64,000 nt of DNA from Gammaproteobacteria bacterium (lineage in GTDB: Bacteria > Pseudomonadota > Gammaproteobacteria > Eutrophobiales > Eutrophobiaceae). Each line of letters starts with the position of its first letter. Position 1 is the first letter of the stretch. Below are positions 50,351 through 60,761 of this stretch, piece by piece. The stretch is taken from contig CBDCTH010000012.1 in assembly GCA_965222155.1 (NCBI GenBank), positions 3,392,001 to 3,456,000 on the forward strand, read 5' to 3'. The notes under the pieces are model-generated. The model made no database searches and had not been told where the DNA came from. It saw only the letters and a program-made list of their open reading frames with translations. The position numbers and the translations under genes were made by a program.

Positions 50351-51673
50351 TTACTCAAACAAGGCGATGGATTCAACATGGGACGTGTGGGGAAACATGT
50401 CCATTACGCCAGCCGCTTTCAAGTATAAGCCTGCTTGTTTCACCAGGATACCTGCATCCCGGGCCAGGGTTGCGGGGTTGCAGGATACATAGACCAGTTT
50501 TTCCACCCGTTGTAAATCCAGATGTTCGATAATCTCCCGGGCGCCGCTGCGTGGGGGATCAAGTAAAACCTTATTGTAATCGCGCCCAAGGAGCACAACG
50601 CCGGCGTCCTGTCCTGACAAGTCACACACACTGAAATTGACGTTGGATAAGCTGTTTTTCTGCGCATTCCTGTTTGCGCGACTCACCAGTTCTTCCGACC
50701 CTTCAACCCCGGTTACGTAGTTTGCATATCTCGCTATAGGCAGGGTGAAGTTACCCAGGCCGCAAAACAGGTCAAGCACCGTGTCAGCGGCGGACAGGTC
50801 CAGTAATGAGATAACCCTGTCAACCAGCAAAGGGTTAAGATCAAAATTTACCTGGGTAAAATCAACGGGAGAGAATTCTATGCTGACATCGTGGTTGTCC
50901 AACCGGTAATACAGGTCTTGTTCATCCTGCTCGGATAAGCTGTGTACGCTGTCCAGCCCGGCAGGCTGCAGGTAAAACCTGACAGGATTTGTTTTCTCAT
51001 ACTCGGCCAGTACCCTCATGTCACTCTCGGTCAAAGGGGCTATATGCCGGATAATTATGGCAGCGAACGCATCGCTTATCGCCACCTCCAACTGGGGGAT
51101 GTGCCGGTAAGCCGACAGGCCGCGGATCAGTTCCTTCAGTTGGCCGATCGTTTCCCCAAGGAACGGATGCAGGACCTCGCAGGAATCAATATCGGCAATG
51201 AAACGGCTGTTCTTTTCCCTGAAACCCACCAGCACTTTTTCCTTCCCGGCGACGTATTTCACGCCCATTCTGGCTTTCCGCCGGTAGCCCCAGTGAGACG
51301 CTGACAGGGGCGGGATAACCCGCTCCGGCGCCAGCCCGCCAATGTGCTGCAACTGTTCCAGTAAAACCGTTTGTTTGTGTAAAACCTGCTGTCCGCTGTC
51401 CAGGTGCATCAGGCTGCAGCCGCCGCATAGCGCGTAATGCGGGCAGCGGGGTTCAACCCGCAGCGCCGATGATTCGACCACGTCAACCACCCGGCCCTCA
51501 TCGAATTGTCCGCGCTTGCGGGTATACTGAAACAGTACTTGCTCTCCCGGTAGAGCGCCGTCTATAAAAACGGTCTTGCCATTGATATGGGCTATGCCCC
51601 GGCCTTCATGGGAAAGGGATTCTACTGTTGCCGACATTGGTTCGGCAGGGAGTTTGCTACGTCCGCGGGACAT
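50351..51673 (-). CDS. rlmD: 23S rRNA m5U1939 methyltransferase
   Basis: TRAM domain, C.H...CGGC, DLFCG.GNF, DPPRSG, SCNPATLARD and DMFPHT. Confidence 0.96.
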   Translation of the reverse strand: MSRGRSKLPAEPMSATVESLSHEGRGIAHINGKTVFIDGALPGEQVLFQYTRKRGQFDEGRVVDVVESSALRVEPRCPHYALCGGCSLMHLDSGQQVLHKQTVLLEQLQHIGGLAPERVIPPLSASHWGYRRKARMGVKYVAGKEKVLVGFREKNSRFIADIDSCEVLHPFLGETIGQLKELIRGLSAYRHIPQLEVAISDAFAAIIIRHIAPLTESDMRVLAEYEKTNPVRFYLQPAGLDSVHSLSEQDEQDLYYRLDNHDVSIEFSPVDFTQVNFDLNPLLVDRVISLLDLSAADTVLDLFCGLGNFTLPIARYANYVTGVEGSEELVSRANRNAQKNSLSNVNFSVCDLSGQDAGVVLLGRDYNKVLLDPPRSGAREIIEHLDLQRVEKLVYVSCNPATLARDAGILVKQAGLYLKAAGVMDMFPHTSHVESIALFE

Positions 51674-51754
51674 TGACCGTACAAGGATTTTTATTTAAAC
51701 CATGTGTATCATACACGCTGATAATCGATAATTATCTGTTTTGAAGAGAGAATT

Positions 51755-51793
51755 TTGACGTATTAATTGATATAGTCTATATTAGACTATATC
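51755..51793 (+). promoter_or_regulatory. Promoter and operator of the phd-vapC operon
   Basis: TTGACG-17-TATATT; perfect IR GATATAGTCTA-tat-TAGACTATATC. Confidence 0.7.
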
Positions 51794-51809
51794 ATTAGTT
51801 GAAGGAGTA

Positions 51810-52094
51810 TTGACCGTGGACCATTCCAAACCATATCCAGTCTGGACAGTTGCCCAGGCCAAAGCGCGGCTTTCGGAAATCCTGCGCCTTGCCGAAAAGG
51901 AAGGGCCGCAACGCATCGGCGCCAGGAAGGCTTTCATCGTAGTGCCGGAACATACATGGCGGAGACAGACTTCACATCGTAAGCCCCTGGGCCGGTGGCT
52001 GGTCGACAACATGCCGCGTGGGACTGATCTTGAGGCAGCGGACCGTCACGAACCCGTACGCGAGATCTCATTCGTGTCTCAGGATGATGAATGA
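51810..52094 (+). CDS. Phd/YefM antitoxin
   Basis: WTVAQAKARLSEI...A..EGPQ.I. Confidence 0.88.
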   Translation: MTVDHSKPYPVWTVAQAKARLSEILRLAEKEGPQRIGARKAFIVVPEHTWRRQTSHRKPLGRWLVDNMPRGTDLEAADRHEPVREISFVSQDDE

Positions 52095-52510
52095 GCGGCT
52101 ATCTTATTGATACCAATGTGGTATCAGAACTGACGAAAACATTGCCGGACTCAGGGGTCGTTGCTTTTCTGTCAGAACACGATGATCTGTGGCTGTCGTC
52201 GGTCGTGCTGCATGAACTGGAGTTCGGATTGCTATCTCTTCCCGAAGGGCGTCGCCGCGATGACTTGCAGCAGGTTCTGTCAGATTTCATCGCCGAGTTT
52301 GACGACCGCATCTTACCCCTGGAGCGTATCGAGGCGGAGTGGGCCGCCCGACTGAGAGCAGAGGCCCACCTGTCAGGCCGAGTGCTGCACCTGGGCGATG
52401 CGCTGATCGCCGGAACGGCTAAGGCGCATGGACTCTCGGTCGCAACACGGAATGTAAAAGATTTCGACGGGCTGGATGTCAACGTCGCCAATCCCTGGCA
52501 AACACCATGA
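52091..52510 (+). CDS. vapC: VapC PIN-domain toxin
   Basis: DTNVVSE, E, DALIA and TRN.KDF. Confidence 0.93.
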   Translation: MSGYLIDTNVVSELTKTLPDSGVVAFLSEHDDLWLSSVVLHELEFGLLSLPEGRRRDDLQQVLSDFIAEFDDRILPLERIEAEWAARLRAEAHLSGRVLHLGDALIAGTAKAHGLSVATRNVKDFDGLDVNVANPWQTP

Positions 52511-52582
52511 TGGCCATCTCCGAATTCATTATCGGCGATGTTGTGCTTGATGAAATCAACCCGGAGCATAAGGATTAACCGG

Positions 52583-53752
52583 ATGAGTGGTCGCTTGAAT
52601 GTGCTTCACGTTACACCGAGCATGTCGCCTTCATGGGGAGGGCCGGCGGTTGTTGCTTCGGAATTGACAACGGAACTCGTTCGGAAAGGGGTACGATGCG
52701 AGATTGTGACGTCTCATGGGTACAGGGTGGGTACCGGTCAGGTGCCGGCACCCGGCGTGCCTGTTACCAGCTTTGCGACAGAACTACCGGCGCGGCTTTG
52801 GGTCGGTTATTCGAGAGAATTATCACGGTTTCTGAAGGACAGGGCGAACAGCTTCGATCTTATCCATATCCATGAGATATGGCATTACCCCGCCTTTGCG
52901 GCGTTTTGCGCCGCCAGAAAATACAGGATTCCCTATGTGGTGACCATTCATGGCGAACTCAGCGAGTGGTGCCTTCGACAGAAAGTGCTGAAGAAACGAA
53001 TCTACAGGCTGTGCCTGTTGGACAGGATGTTACGCGCTGCCGGCACACTTCACGCGATTACCGACGCTGAAAAAAAACAGATTCTCAATCTGGGTTATGA
53101 TACCCCTTTGGTCGTAACTCCAAACGGCATTGAACCGTCCAGGTTTGAGGCACTGCCCTCTCCCCGCAGTTTTATTCAACGCTTTCCAGAATTAAAAGGA
53201 AAACGTGTCGTTCTTTTTATGGGTCGATTACATCCCAAAAAAGGGCTGGATATACTTGCCCGGAGTTTTTCCATGATTGCCCGGCGTTTTGACAACGCTG
53301 TCCTGTTGGTCGTCGGCCCGGATAAATTCGGGACTAGGGCGTATATGCAGTCTATCCTGCATGCGGAAGGAATACTGGACAGAGCGGTGTTTACCGGTCT
53401 GCTGACAGGCCGGGACAAGCTGGCTGCGCTGAGTTGTGCCGACCTTTTCGTGTTGCCGTCACACTCCGATGTTCTGGGGATCGCCGTACTTGAAGCAATG
53501 GCCGCGCGGCTGCCTGTGGTGATTACTACGAAGTGTGAATTTCCCGAGGTCTCCGAAAACAAGGCGGGCCTCGTGGTCGAAACAGATGAGGCGTCAATTG
53601 CCGCAGCGATGAGCCGGTTGCTGGAGGATGCAGCGCTACGCAAGCGTATGGGTCAACAGGGATACAAACTGGTCACCGACCATTATACCTGGCCTGCCGC
53701 CGCCGTGATGGCCGACCTTTATAAGGGTCTTGCAGCAGGTCAGCATGAATAA
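52583..53752 (+). CDS. GT4 glycosyltransferase
   Basis: GGP, PNGI, FMGRLHPKKG, LEAMA..LPV; start set at ATG 52583. Confidence 0.92.
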   Translation: MSGRLNVLHVTPSMSPSWGGPAVVASELTTELVRKGVRCEIVTSHGYRVGTGQVPAPGVPVTSFATELPARLWVGYSRELSRFLKDRANSFDLIHIHEIWHYPAFAAFCAARKYRIPYVVTIHGELSEWCLRQKVLKKRIYRLCLLDRMLRAAGTLHAITDAEKKQILNLGYDTPLVVTPNGIEPSRFEALPSPRSFIQRFPELKGKRVVLFMGRLHPKKGLDILARSFSMIARRFDNAVLLVVGPDKFGTRAYMQSILHAEGILDRAVFTGLLTGRDKLAALSCADLFVLPSHSDVLGIAVLEAMAARLPVVITTKCEFPEVSENKAGLVVETDEASIAAAMSRLLEDAALRKRMGQQGYKLVTDHYTWPAAAVMADLYKGLAAGQHE

Positions 53753-55292
53753 TCATGATGCGGGCGGGATGAGCCTCAGCGCACGTACGCTCAGTGGGCT
53801 TGGCTGGTCTTATCTGGCTACCTCCATCAAGGCTTTGCTGTCATTACTGGTATTGGTTATCCTCGCCCGGCTGCTCGCACCGGTTGAATTTGGTCTGCTC
53901 GGCATTGCCTGGATTTTTATCATGCTGGGAGCCAGGTTCGGCCAAGCATTTATCGGACCGGCCGTAGTCCAGCGGAGCGAGTTGACCGACCGTCATATTC
54001 AAGTCGGTTTTACCCTATCAGTGATAATCGGTATCGCCTTGGCGGGGATTATCCTGTTGCTTACGCCGATTATCGGTGAATTCTTTAATGAATCGACGGC
54101 AGCGCGGGTTCTCCAAGCGTTATCAATAATATTCCTCATCAATGGCATTGGAAACGTACCCACCAACCTGCTGCGACGGGCTCTCCGTTTCAGAGAATTG
54201 ATGGTTGCCGACGTACTGGCCTATTCCGTCGGCTACGGGCTTACGGCAATAGCCCTCGCTCTCCAGGGCTATGGCGTATGGTCTCTTGTCTGGGGCGAGA
54301 TCATGCACAGGGTCATCCATACGATAATGGTAGTCCGCTATACACATATGCATCTTTATCCCCGCTGGGCACTTAGCGAGGCGACAGATCTCCTGTCCCG
54401 CGGGGCCGGCTTTTCGCTGGCCCGGTTTTTCGAGTTCATTGCCCGGCAAGGCGGCTACTTTGTTATAGGGCGCTGGCTGGGCGCCGCGTCACTGGGTTTT
54501 TACTCGCGGGCGGACAAGCTCATCCTGTTGCCGAGGAACTACGTCAGCCAGAGTTTGTTTCATGTACTGTTCCCGGTCATGGCACAGCGCCAGCAGAGGA
54601 CGGAGCGGCTTGCAGGCATTTACCTGCATGGTTCCGAGATATTATCACTGGTGGCATTACCGGTAAGTGCCTTGTTGTTTGTGGGGGCTCCGGAGATTGT
54701 ATCGGTGATCCTGGGAGGGCAGTGGGACCCGGTTGTCGATCTTCTCCGGATTCTTGCATTTGCTGTCCTGTTCCAGATGTGCGACATCCTGAATATCGCC
54801 GCCATCGGCGCGTTAGGCGCGGTTTATCGCCAGGCCTGGCGGCAAGGGTTACACGCTTTTCTTGTTGTCGGCGGCGCCTGGTTTGCAAGCCGGTGGGGTC
54901 TGGAAGGCGTAGTTATCGTTATTGTCGGCGCTCAGGTTATCGCTTATTTGTTGTTGACGCAGTTGACGGTTTCACTTCTGAATATGCGGTGGCGCCATTT
55001 AATCCGCAGTTGCCTGCCGGCATTATGGGTCGGTTTCTGGGCTGGCGCGGCACTGTGGCTGGCGGCAGGACTAGCGCGGGCCATGGCCTTGCCGGCGCTA
55101 CCGGCGCTGATTGTCGAGGTCCTTATCTGGTTCACGGCGGCGACCGCGGCGCTATACTTTGCCCCGTCTTGTGTACGGCCTTTCTCCCTGCACTGGACAC
55201 TGGGCAACGTTCCCTTTGAGGTACTGGGAACGCCGGGAAGTTACCTGAGAACAGGACTTGGATGGTTGTCACGGGAACGGGAGGATTGTTGA
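53745..55292 (+). CDS. WzxC-like polysaccharide flippase (copy 1)
   Basis: LARLL.P.EFG, G.GVWSLV, LG.YSRA; many TM helices. Confidence 0.9.
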   Translation: MNNHDAGGMSLSARTLSGLGWSYLATSIKALLSLLVLVILARLLAPVEFGLLGIAWIFIMLGARFGQAFIGPAVVQRSELTDRHIQVGFTLSVIIGIALAGIILLLTPIIGEFFNESTAARVLQALSIIFLINGIGNVPTNLLRRALRFRELMVADVLAYSVGYGLTAIALALQGYGVWSLVWGEIMHRVIHTIMVVRYTHMHLYPRWALSEATDLLSRGAGFSLARFFEFIARQGGYFVIGRWLGAASLGFYSRADKLILLPRNYVSQSLFHVLFPVMAQRQQRTERLAGIYLHGSEILSLVALPVSALLFVGAPEIVSVILGGQWDPVVDLLRILAFAVLFQMCDILNIAAIGALGAVYRQAWRQGLHAFLVVGGAWFASRWGLEGVVIVIVGAQVIAYLLLTQLTVSLLNMRWRHLIRSCLPALWVGFWAGAALWLAAGLARAMALPALPALIVEVLIWFTAATAALYFAPSCVRPFSLHWTLGNVPFEVLGTPGSYLRTGLGWLSREREDC

Positions 55293-55377
55293 CATCAGTG
55301 CTGGAACAGTCATACTTTGCAGGTCATTACACGATAATCGTGGAGAGTCCCCGCACCTGATATCTGGTTAAAAAAGC

Positions 55378-56025
55378 GTGAAAGAAAGCACTGATGTATG
55401 TGACGGATACAAGCGCGTCTTCGATCTGGCGATAATAATTATCGCTTATATATTGTTTTTTCCGGTATGGCTGATTATTTGGTCCATAGTGCCCGTTGCC
55501 ATCTGGCTGGAAGACCGGGGCCCGGTTTTCTATGCGCAGGAACGGGTTGGCCGACGCGGTAAGCATTTCAATGTCTTCAAGTTTCGTACCATGATCCAGA
55601 ACGCCGAAAGTCTGACGGGACAGGTCTGGGCAACGGAAGATGATCCCCGGCTGACCCGGGTCGGGAAGATATTGCGCAGGTTTCATCTTGACGAGATACC
55701 GCAAGTAATCAATATCGTGAGGGGTGAGATGAGCCTGGTGGGGCCGCGCCCCGAGCGCCCGGTCCTGGCACAACAGTTCAACCGCGAAGTGCCCGGATTC
55801 TCCCAGCGCCTGAGGGTCAGGCCGGGTATTGCGGGGCTGGCCCAGGTGCGCGGCAGCTACTGGACAGATCCGGGTTACAAACTGAAATATGACAACCTGT
55901 ACATCGAAACAATGAGTCCCTGGTTGGATTTAAAGCTGCTTTTTCTCGCCGTCTGGGTCGCCATCAAGCGTGTCTTTTGTGGTCCGGACGCTTCCGTTGC
56001 AGATAACGGCGCTGAAAAGGATTAA
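55378..56025 (+). CDS. Bacterial sugar (polyprenyl phosphoglycosyl) transferase (copy 1)
   Basis: KRVFD, KFRTM, DDPR.T.VG, DEIPQ..N..RGEMSLVGPRPE. Confidence 0.95.
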   Translation: MKESTDVCDGYKRVFDLAIIIIAYILFFPVWLIIWSIVPVAIWLEDRGPVFYAQERVGRRGKHFNVFKFRTMIQNAESLTGQVWATEDDPRLTRVGKILRRFHLDEIPQVINIVRGEMSLVGPRPERPVLAQQFNREVPGFSQRLRVRPGIAGLAQVRGSYWTDPGYKLKYDNLYIETMSPWLDLKLLFLAVWVAIKRVFCGPDASVADNGAEKD

Positions 56026-56846
56026 ACCTGATGACGCGACGAAACAGGTAGGCAACCATTTGGAAACCGGGCATAAGAAGGCACAGCAGGTCACCGTTTC
56101 AATTATTATCCTGACCTGGAATTCCGAGCAGCAGGTCGGTGCCTGTTTAACCTCACTGGATCAGGGGTTGAATTCGTTTTCGTCCGAAGTCATTGTGATT
56201 GACAACGGTTCACAGGATCGGACCTGCAGCATCGTCAGGGAAACCCGGCCTGGGGCGCAGTTGCTATGCAATCCGAAAAATCGTGGCGTTGCCCCGGCTC
56301 GCAACCAGGGAATACGACTTGCCCAGGGCGAATATGTACTTATCCTGGATGACGACACGATCGTGCAGCCCGGAGCATTGGACCGTCTTATCCGTTACAT
56401 GGAGGATCAGCCCGAGGCAGGACTATGCGGACCCAAACTGACTGACGCTGCCGGCGAGCTACAGTTATCGTGCCGGCTGTTTCCGACCCTGATTGATAAA
56501 CTGGCCCGGCGCTTGCCAGGCGATTCGCCACAGCGCTTTACGGGAGGTGGGCCTGTTTGACGAGCGTATTTTTTATGGCCCGGAGGACATCGATATGTGT
56601 CTGCGCCTGCAACTGGCTGGCTGGTCGGTAGTGTATAACCCTGAAGCTGTGGTTATGCACGAGGAACGCAGGATGACCCGCTCCCTGGGATCCGGCCTGG
56701 TGTGGAAACACGTTTGCGCTCTGGGCTATTATTTCTGGAAGCATGGCTATTTGCTGTCGTGTCAACGGTTGTATTCGCAGCTCACACACCCAGGGCAGCC
56801 TTTCAGTCAAGGACAGAAATCCAGTCAATCATCGACCCAGGAATGA
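55970..56846 (+). pseudogene. GT2 glycosyltransferase (copy 1), frameshifted by a 95-bp deletion
   Basis: Colinear with 62989-63915 except for the segment between two CGGCGCTTGCC repeats. Confidence 0.9.
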
Positions 56847-57535
56847 TCAGCTTCGTAACCCAGATCTATCAGTGCCTGTCCGGCATAATGGTCAAATACT
56901 TCCCTTGCCTCCCGCGTGAAGTGGTTCTTCCAGTCCCCGACGATACCTTTGCGAACAAAGCAGTACGCATTTTCATTACCCGGTTTACGACCTGTGACGT
57001 TCTCAAAAGAGAATTTTGAAATACACGCGCCAAGCTTCGCATCATCAACACTGTATACCGACAGATACTCGAGGATTTTTTTCAATTCTCGTCCAGGATT
57101 CTCCCGCATGGATTCATAACTGGTTTCCACGTAATTAGTCCGATTTTTCCAGGTTTTTATGAAACTGGTCCAGGTCATATTGAATGGTGGCCCCTCTGTG
57201 AAGCAATAATCGATGTACCTCGGTAAGTATTGTTGTATATCCTGGGCATCTTTAATCCCAAGTCGTTCCTGCTGCGATTCCGCCCAGCCCGGCATAACCG
57301 TACGTCTGTGAAACAAGTGATAGTAATAGTGGGACACAACCACATCTCTTCCATCGCGCCACATGACAATAGTATCGTTTGAATCGGCGACGTCCAGGTA
57401 GTGCCCATGCAGGATACAACGGCTGCGCGGCGGCAACGATCGCGCGTATTTGGCATGTCCAGGTACTCGGCAATCATTTGGCACACCCAGGTTCCGCCGG
57501 ATTTTGGATATTCCGTCAGCACAACCATATTGCAT
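56825..57535 (-). pseudogene. Sulfotransferase with frameshifted N-terminus
   Basis: YPKSGGTW (5'-PSB) in one frame; RDGRDVVVS and RKGIVGDWKNHF in another. Confidence 0.8.
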
Positions 57536-57617
57536 TTAGCTTATTCCTCCTTAAACTGTACACATACTCGTTGCCAGTTGTTGATTGTTCCAGCTTTAAT
57601 ATCCATCCATAACAGAA

Positions 57618-58079
57618 TTGAACCAAACTAATCCAGTAGATTTTCTCGTAGTCGGCGCCGCAAAATCAGGTACAACGACATTGTTCGAGACTCTGGGCAA
57701 ACACCCTGGGATATATATTCCCCAGCGCAAGGAGTGCCGTTATTTTTCTTGCACGCTTGGCGAATTTGCTGAGCCCGGGCCGCAATATGCAAACAATGTA
57801 ATTCGAACTCTGGAAGAATATCGGGCTTTATTTAAAAAGGCAAAACCAACTCAGGTTTGTGGAGATATCTCATCGGATTATCTCTATTATTATCGAAATG
57901 CCGTTCCCAAAATTCTTGAAGAAAAGAATGCGCAGACCCCGATTGTCATTGTTCTGCGTAATCCTATTGACCGGGCTTATTCGAGTTATCTCTATCATGT
58001 TCGCGATGGGCGGGAGAAGTTGAGTTTTGAAGATACCTTGGATGCGGAAGAAGAACGTCGTACCGCAAATTGGGCCTAG
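57618..58079 (+). pseudogene. Truncated sulfotransferase
   Basis: GAAKSGTT, KE..YF, LRNPIDRAYS; stops at TAG about 50 bp before the IS, C-terminal half absent. Confidence 0.8.
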
Positions 58080-58130
58080 GGCTGCAAATCGACGCCACGT
58101 AGCGGGCTGGGCTTTGCTGCCGGCTATTTA

Positions 58131-59687
58131 GTCGCCCCTGAAAAACCCTGTTTCAGGCCGCCATTGAGGTCGCCGGCAGCCATGACAAACAGCGCGGTGC
58201 GCTCCACAGACGCAGCCAAGCCAGTATAAGTATCCTTTTTTTGAGACAAAAAAACCTGAGCCGCCTCAGGATCAAGCGCAGGTTGTGGCCGGCACAACTC
58301 AACAGGACATTTAATTGGTCGCCGTCTGTCCCGTTCAGGTGATTGCGCCCTAACAGCCCATCGGCTTTCAAATGACCGATCACCGGTTCAATCGCCTGGC
58401 GGCGTTTGAGTGACTGTTTTAACCGCTGTGTCTTAATACCGCGCTTCTGCCCGGAGATGTACACCGTGGACTCGGTTTCATCATGCCCCCGATAGCCCCG
58501 GTCCACAAACGCCTCATCAATACTCGTCCCGGTCAAGCGCCGTACCTGCTCCAATGCTTGTTTCAAGGTGTGCCCGTCATACGGGCTGCCCGGCAAGGCC
58601 ATACCCCCCACCACAAAGTTACTCTTGTTCGTGGTGGCAATGCTCGCCTTCACCCCGAATTCATAACGTTTAGCCACCTTACCCTTACTGATACATTCCA
58701 CCTCCGGGGCATGCAGGCTGTACAGCTTGTGTTTATCCTGTTTCTGCTGCGCCAGCAGTCGCTTGGCTAAGGCCAATTCATCGGCAAAGATACGCTGCTG
58801 TGCCGGATTGCCCGCGGTGTTACGCTCACTGTCACGCACCACCCGGCCCAGAGCCTGCCCCTGTATGGCGTTGAGCAGGGGGAGGTGCGTAACCGCTTCA
58901 CCTCGCGCCGCAGCCGCCGATACTGTTTGGCATGACCGTAGCGGTTCGCCTGCTGCAACGCCCGCGGCCCCTTGCGGGCAGTGCTCTGGCGTAACACCAC
59001 CCCCTGTTTGTGACATAACCGTACCCACCGCACCCGGGACCGATTCAGCAACTTGCTGTCGGTCGGATAACTCACCGCTTATCTCCTGTACCGTGGTGTC
59101 CACCGTCACCCGTTTGAAGTCCGTCGTCTTCACTGCCTTGCTCTGCACCCCCAGCGCCACCGTCACCTGTAAAATCCGCGCACACCCCGACTCCCCAATG
59201 CGTCGGCGAAAGCGCGTCAGACTGCTCGGGTCGACCGGCACCTCGTGCTGAAAGTACACCGCCCCGCAGACGTACTGCCAGTACGGATTCTCCACCCAGC
59301 CCGACACCACCGCCTCATCGGATAACCCATAACAATGCTTCAGATAGTGCAACCCCACCATTAACCGGGTCGGTTTCCCCGGACAACCGTTATCCGGGCA
59401 GTACAGCGCACCCGAACTGCCTTATCAAACACCGACTAGTCCACCCGGTCGGCCAGGCGATATAAGGCATGGCGTTGATTGAGCATAGTGTCCAGGCGTT
59501 CGCGGAACAGGTCGGTTGAGGTGCGGGTTGCGGCGTCAGGTTGTCTGGGGGTCATTTTTTCCTCCGAAATTGCAAGAAAATGAAGGTCCATGATACCAAA
59601 ACCGGCACTATCAGTCCAGGAATAAATGCAGGTTACATAATTATAATCAATAGGTTAGAATAGCTTTTGGGGTTATTCAGGGACGAC
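58131..59687 (-). mobile_element. IS5-family insertion sequence with degenerate transposase
   Basis: 18-bp IRs GTCGCCCCTGAAAAACCC / GGGTTATTCAGGGACGAC; TATTTA duplicated on both sides; ENPYWQY, VDTTVQ, YEFGVK, DRGYRG and RRQAIEP split over frames. Confidence 0.92.
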
Positions 59688-59872
59688 TATTTACATGATA
59701 CATCGGGTTGTGCAATTTTCAGATTCTCAGCCAGGGCTGGCTGATTTCGGCCCCTGGCTTTTTTTCCCTCAGCGAGCGACATCTTCGCGACGATGTCCGC
59801 GGCTTTAGCCTTCGCAGCAGCCCGCACCTCCGGCTTAATGTTTTCTCTATGTTCATTCAGTGGCTTGGCCAT
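59687..59872 (-). pseudogene. XRE HTH antitoxin truncated at the IS
   Basis: Q..LAE.L.IAQP.VS then a stop at the IS boundary. Confidence 0.7.
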
Positions 59873-59885
59873 GATGTCCCTCCGC

Positions 59886-60245
59886 CTATTTGAACCCTTC
59901 ATTATCCAGGTGATTTAAAAATTCATTCTCCGCCAACGGGATCATCCGATCATAAAATCGCTTATCCTTTTTACCGTCTTTACGTCCACCGCATAGCAAG
60001 ACAGCACGTCGTTTTGGATCAAAGGCATAAAAGACGCGGTAGGGTTTCCCGGCATGCTGAATTATCAACTCTTTCAGGTTCTTGACCGTACGTGTACCTT
60101 TCAAGGTATCCGCATAAGGTCGTGCCAGCCAGGGACCTGTCATCTCCAATACTTCAACCATTGCCAGTACGTCTTCCTGTTCCCCGTCCGTTAAAGCCAG
60201 AAACCACTTTTCATACTCCTCAGTGACCAGAATTTTCCATGTCAT
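59886..60245 (-). CDS. RelE/ParE-family (Gp49-like) toxin
   Basis: GP.L.RPYADTLKG, NLKEL, RVFYAFDP.R.AVLL.GG.K. Confidence 0.9.
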   Translation of the reverse strand: MTWKILVTEEYEKWFLALTDGEQEDVLAMVEVLEMTGPWLARPYADTLKGTRTVKNLKELIIQHAGKPYRVFYAFDPKRRAVLLCGGRKDGKKDKRFYDRMIPLAENEFLNHLDNEGFK

Positions 60246-60761
60246 ATTGCATGCTCCCTACTCCATGGATAGAGCATACATTTAACATATATATTGTCAA
60301 ATTATTGTCAGGGAATTGTCAGGCACTGTAGATAGCGCACGGGGCGAGATCATACTTTTGTCGTAAACAATAGGGTTTGAAGCCAGGAGCGGAGTACCTT
60401 GCCTTGCGTTGAATCTCGACGTTCTACCAATAGCACACCCGTTTCAAGTTCCAAAATTGTAATAACCGACAAGAAAAGACTCGTGGTTGAAACTTCATTG
60501 GACAAACCACGTTTTTTCTATCAAGCCAAAAGGCTCAATAATGAAAACGGTATCATGTATCTGGATACAAATGAGGATAAACTAACCATACACAATGCTT
60601 TACCAGACAGGTGGTTTAAGCTATTAAACTGAACTATCATCCGGAAACAGATTCACTTGCAGTGGCAGAACTGACGTCGGAGTTTTCCCGGCAAGGTATA
60701 TGCTGTGAGGTCGTAACGATTCGTCGTTGTTATACGCCAACATAGAGCAAAGCAGATCAGC

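Noticed and set aside
58153-59555. Programmed frameshifting in the IS5 transposase
   Set aside because: Multiple shifts, a stop and a hairpin insertion indicate decay rather than recoding
60399-60632. 77-aa ORF before flippase copy 2
   Set aside because: TTG start and no motif; likely the tail of a truncated gene
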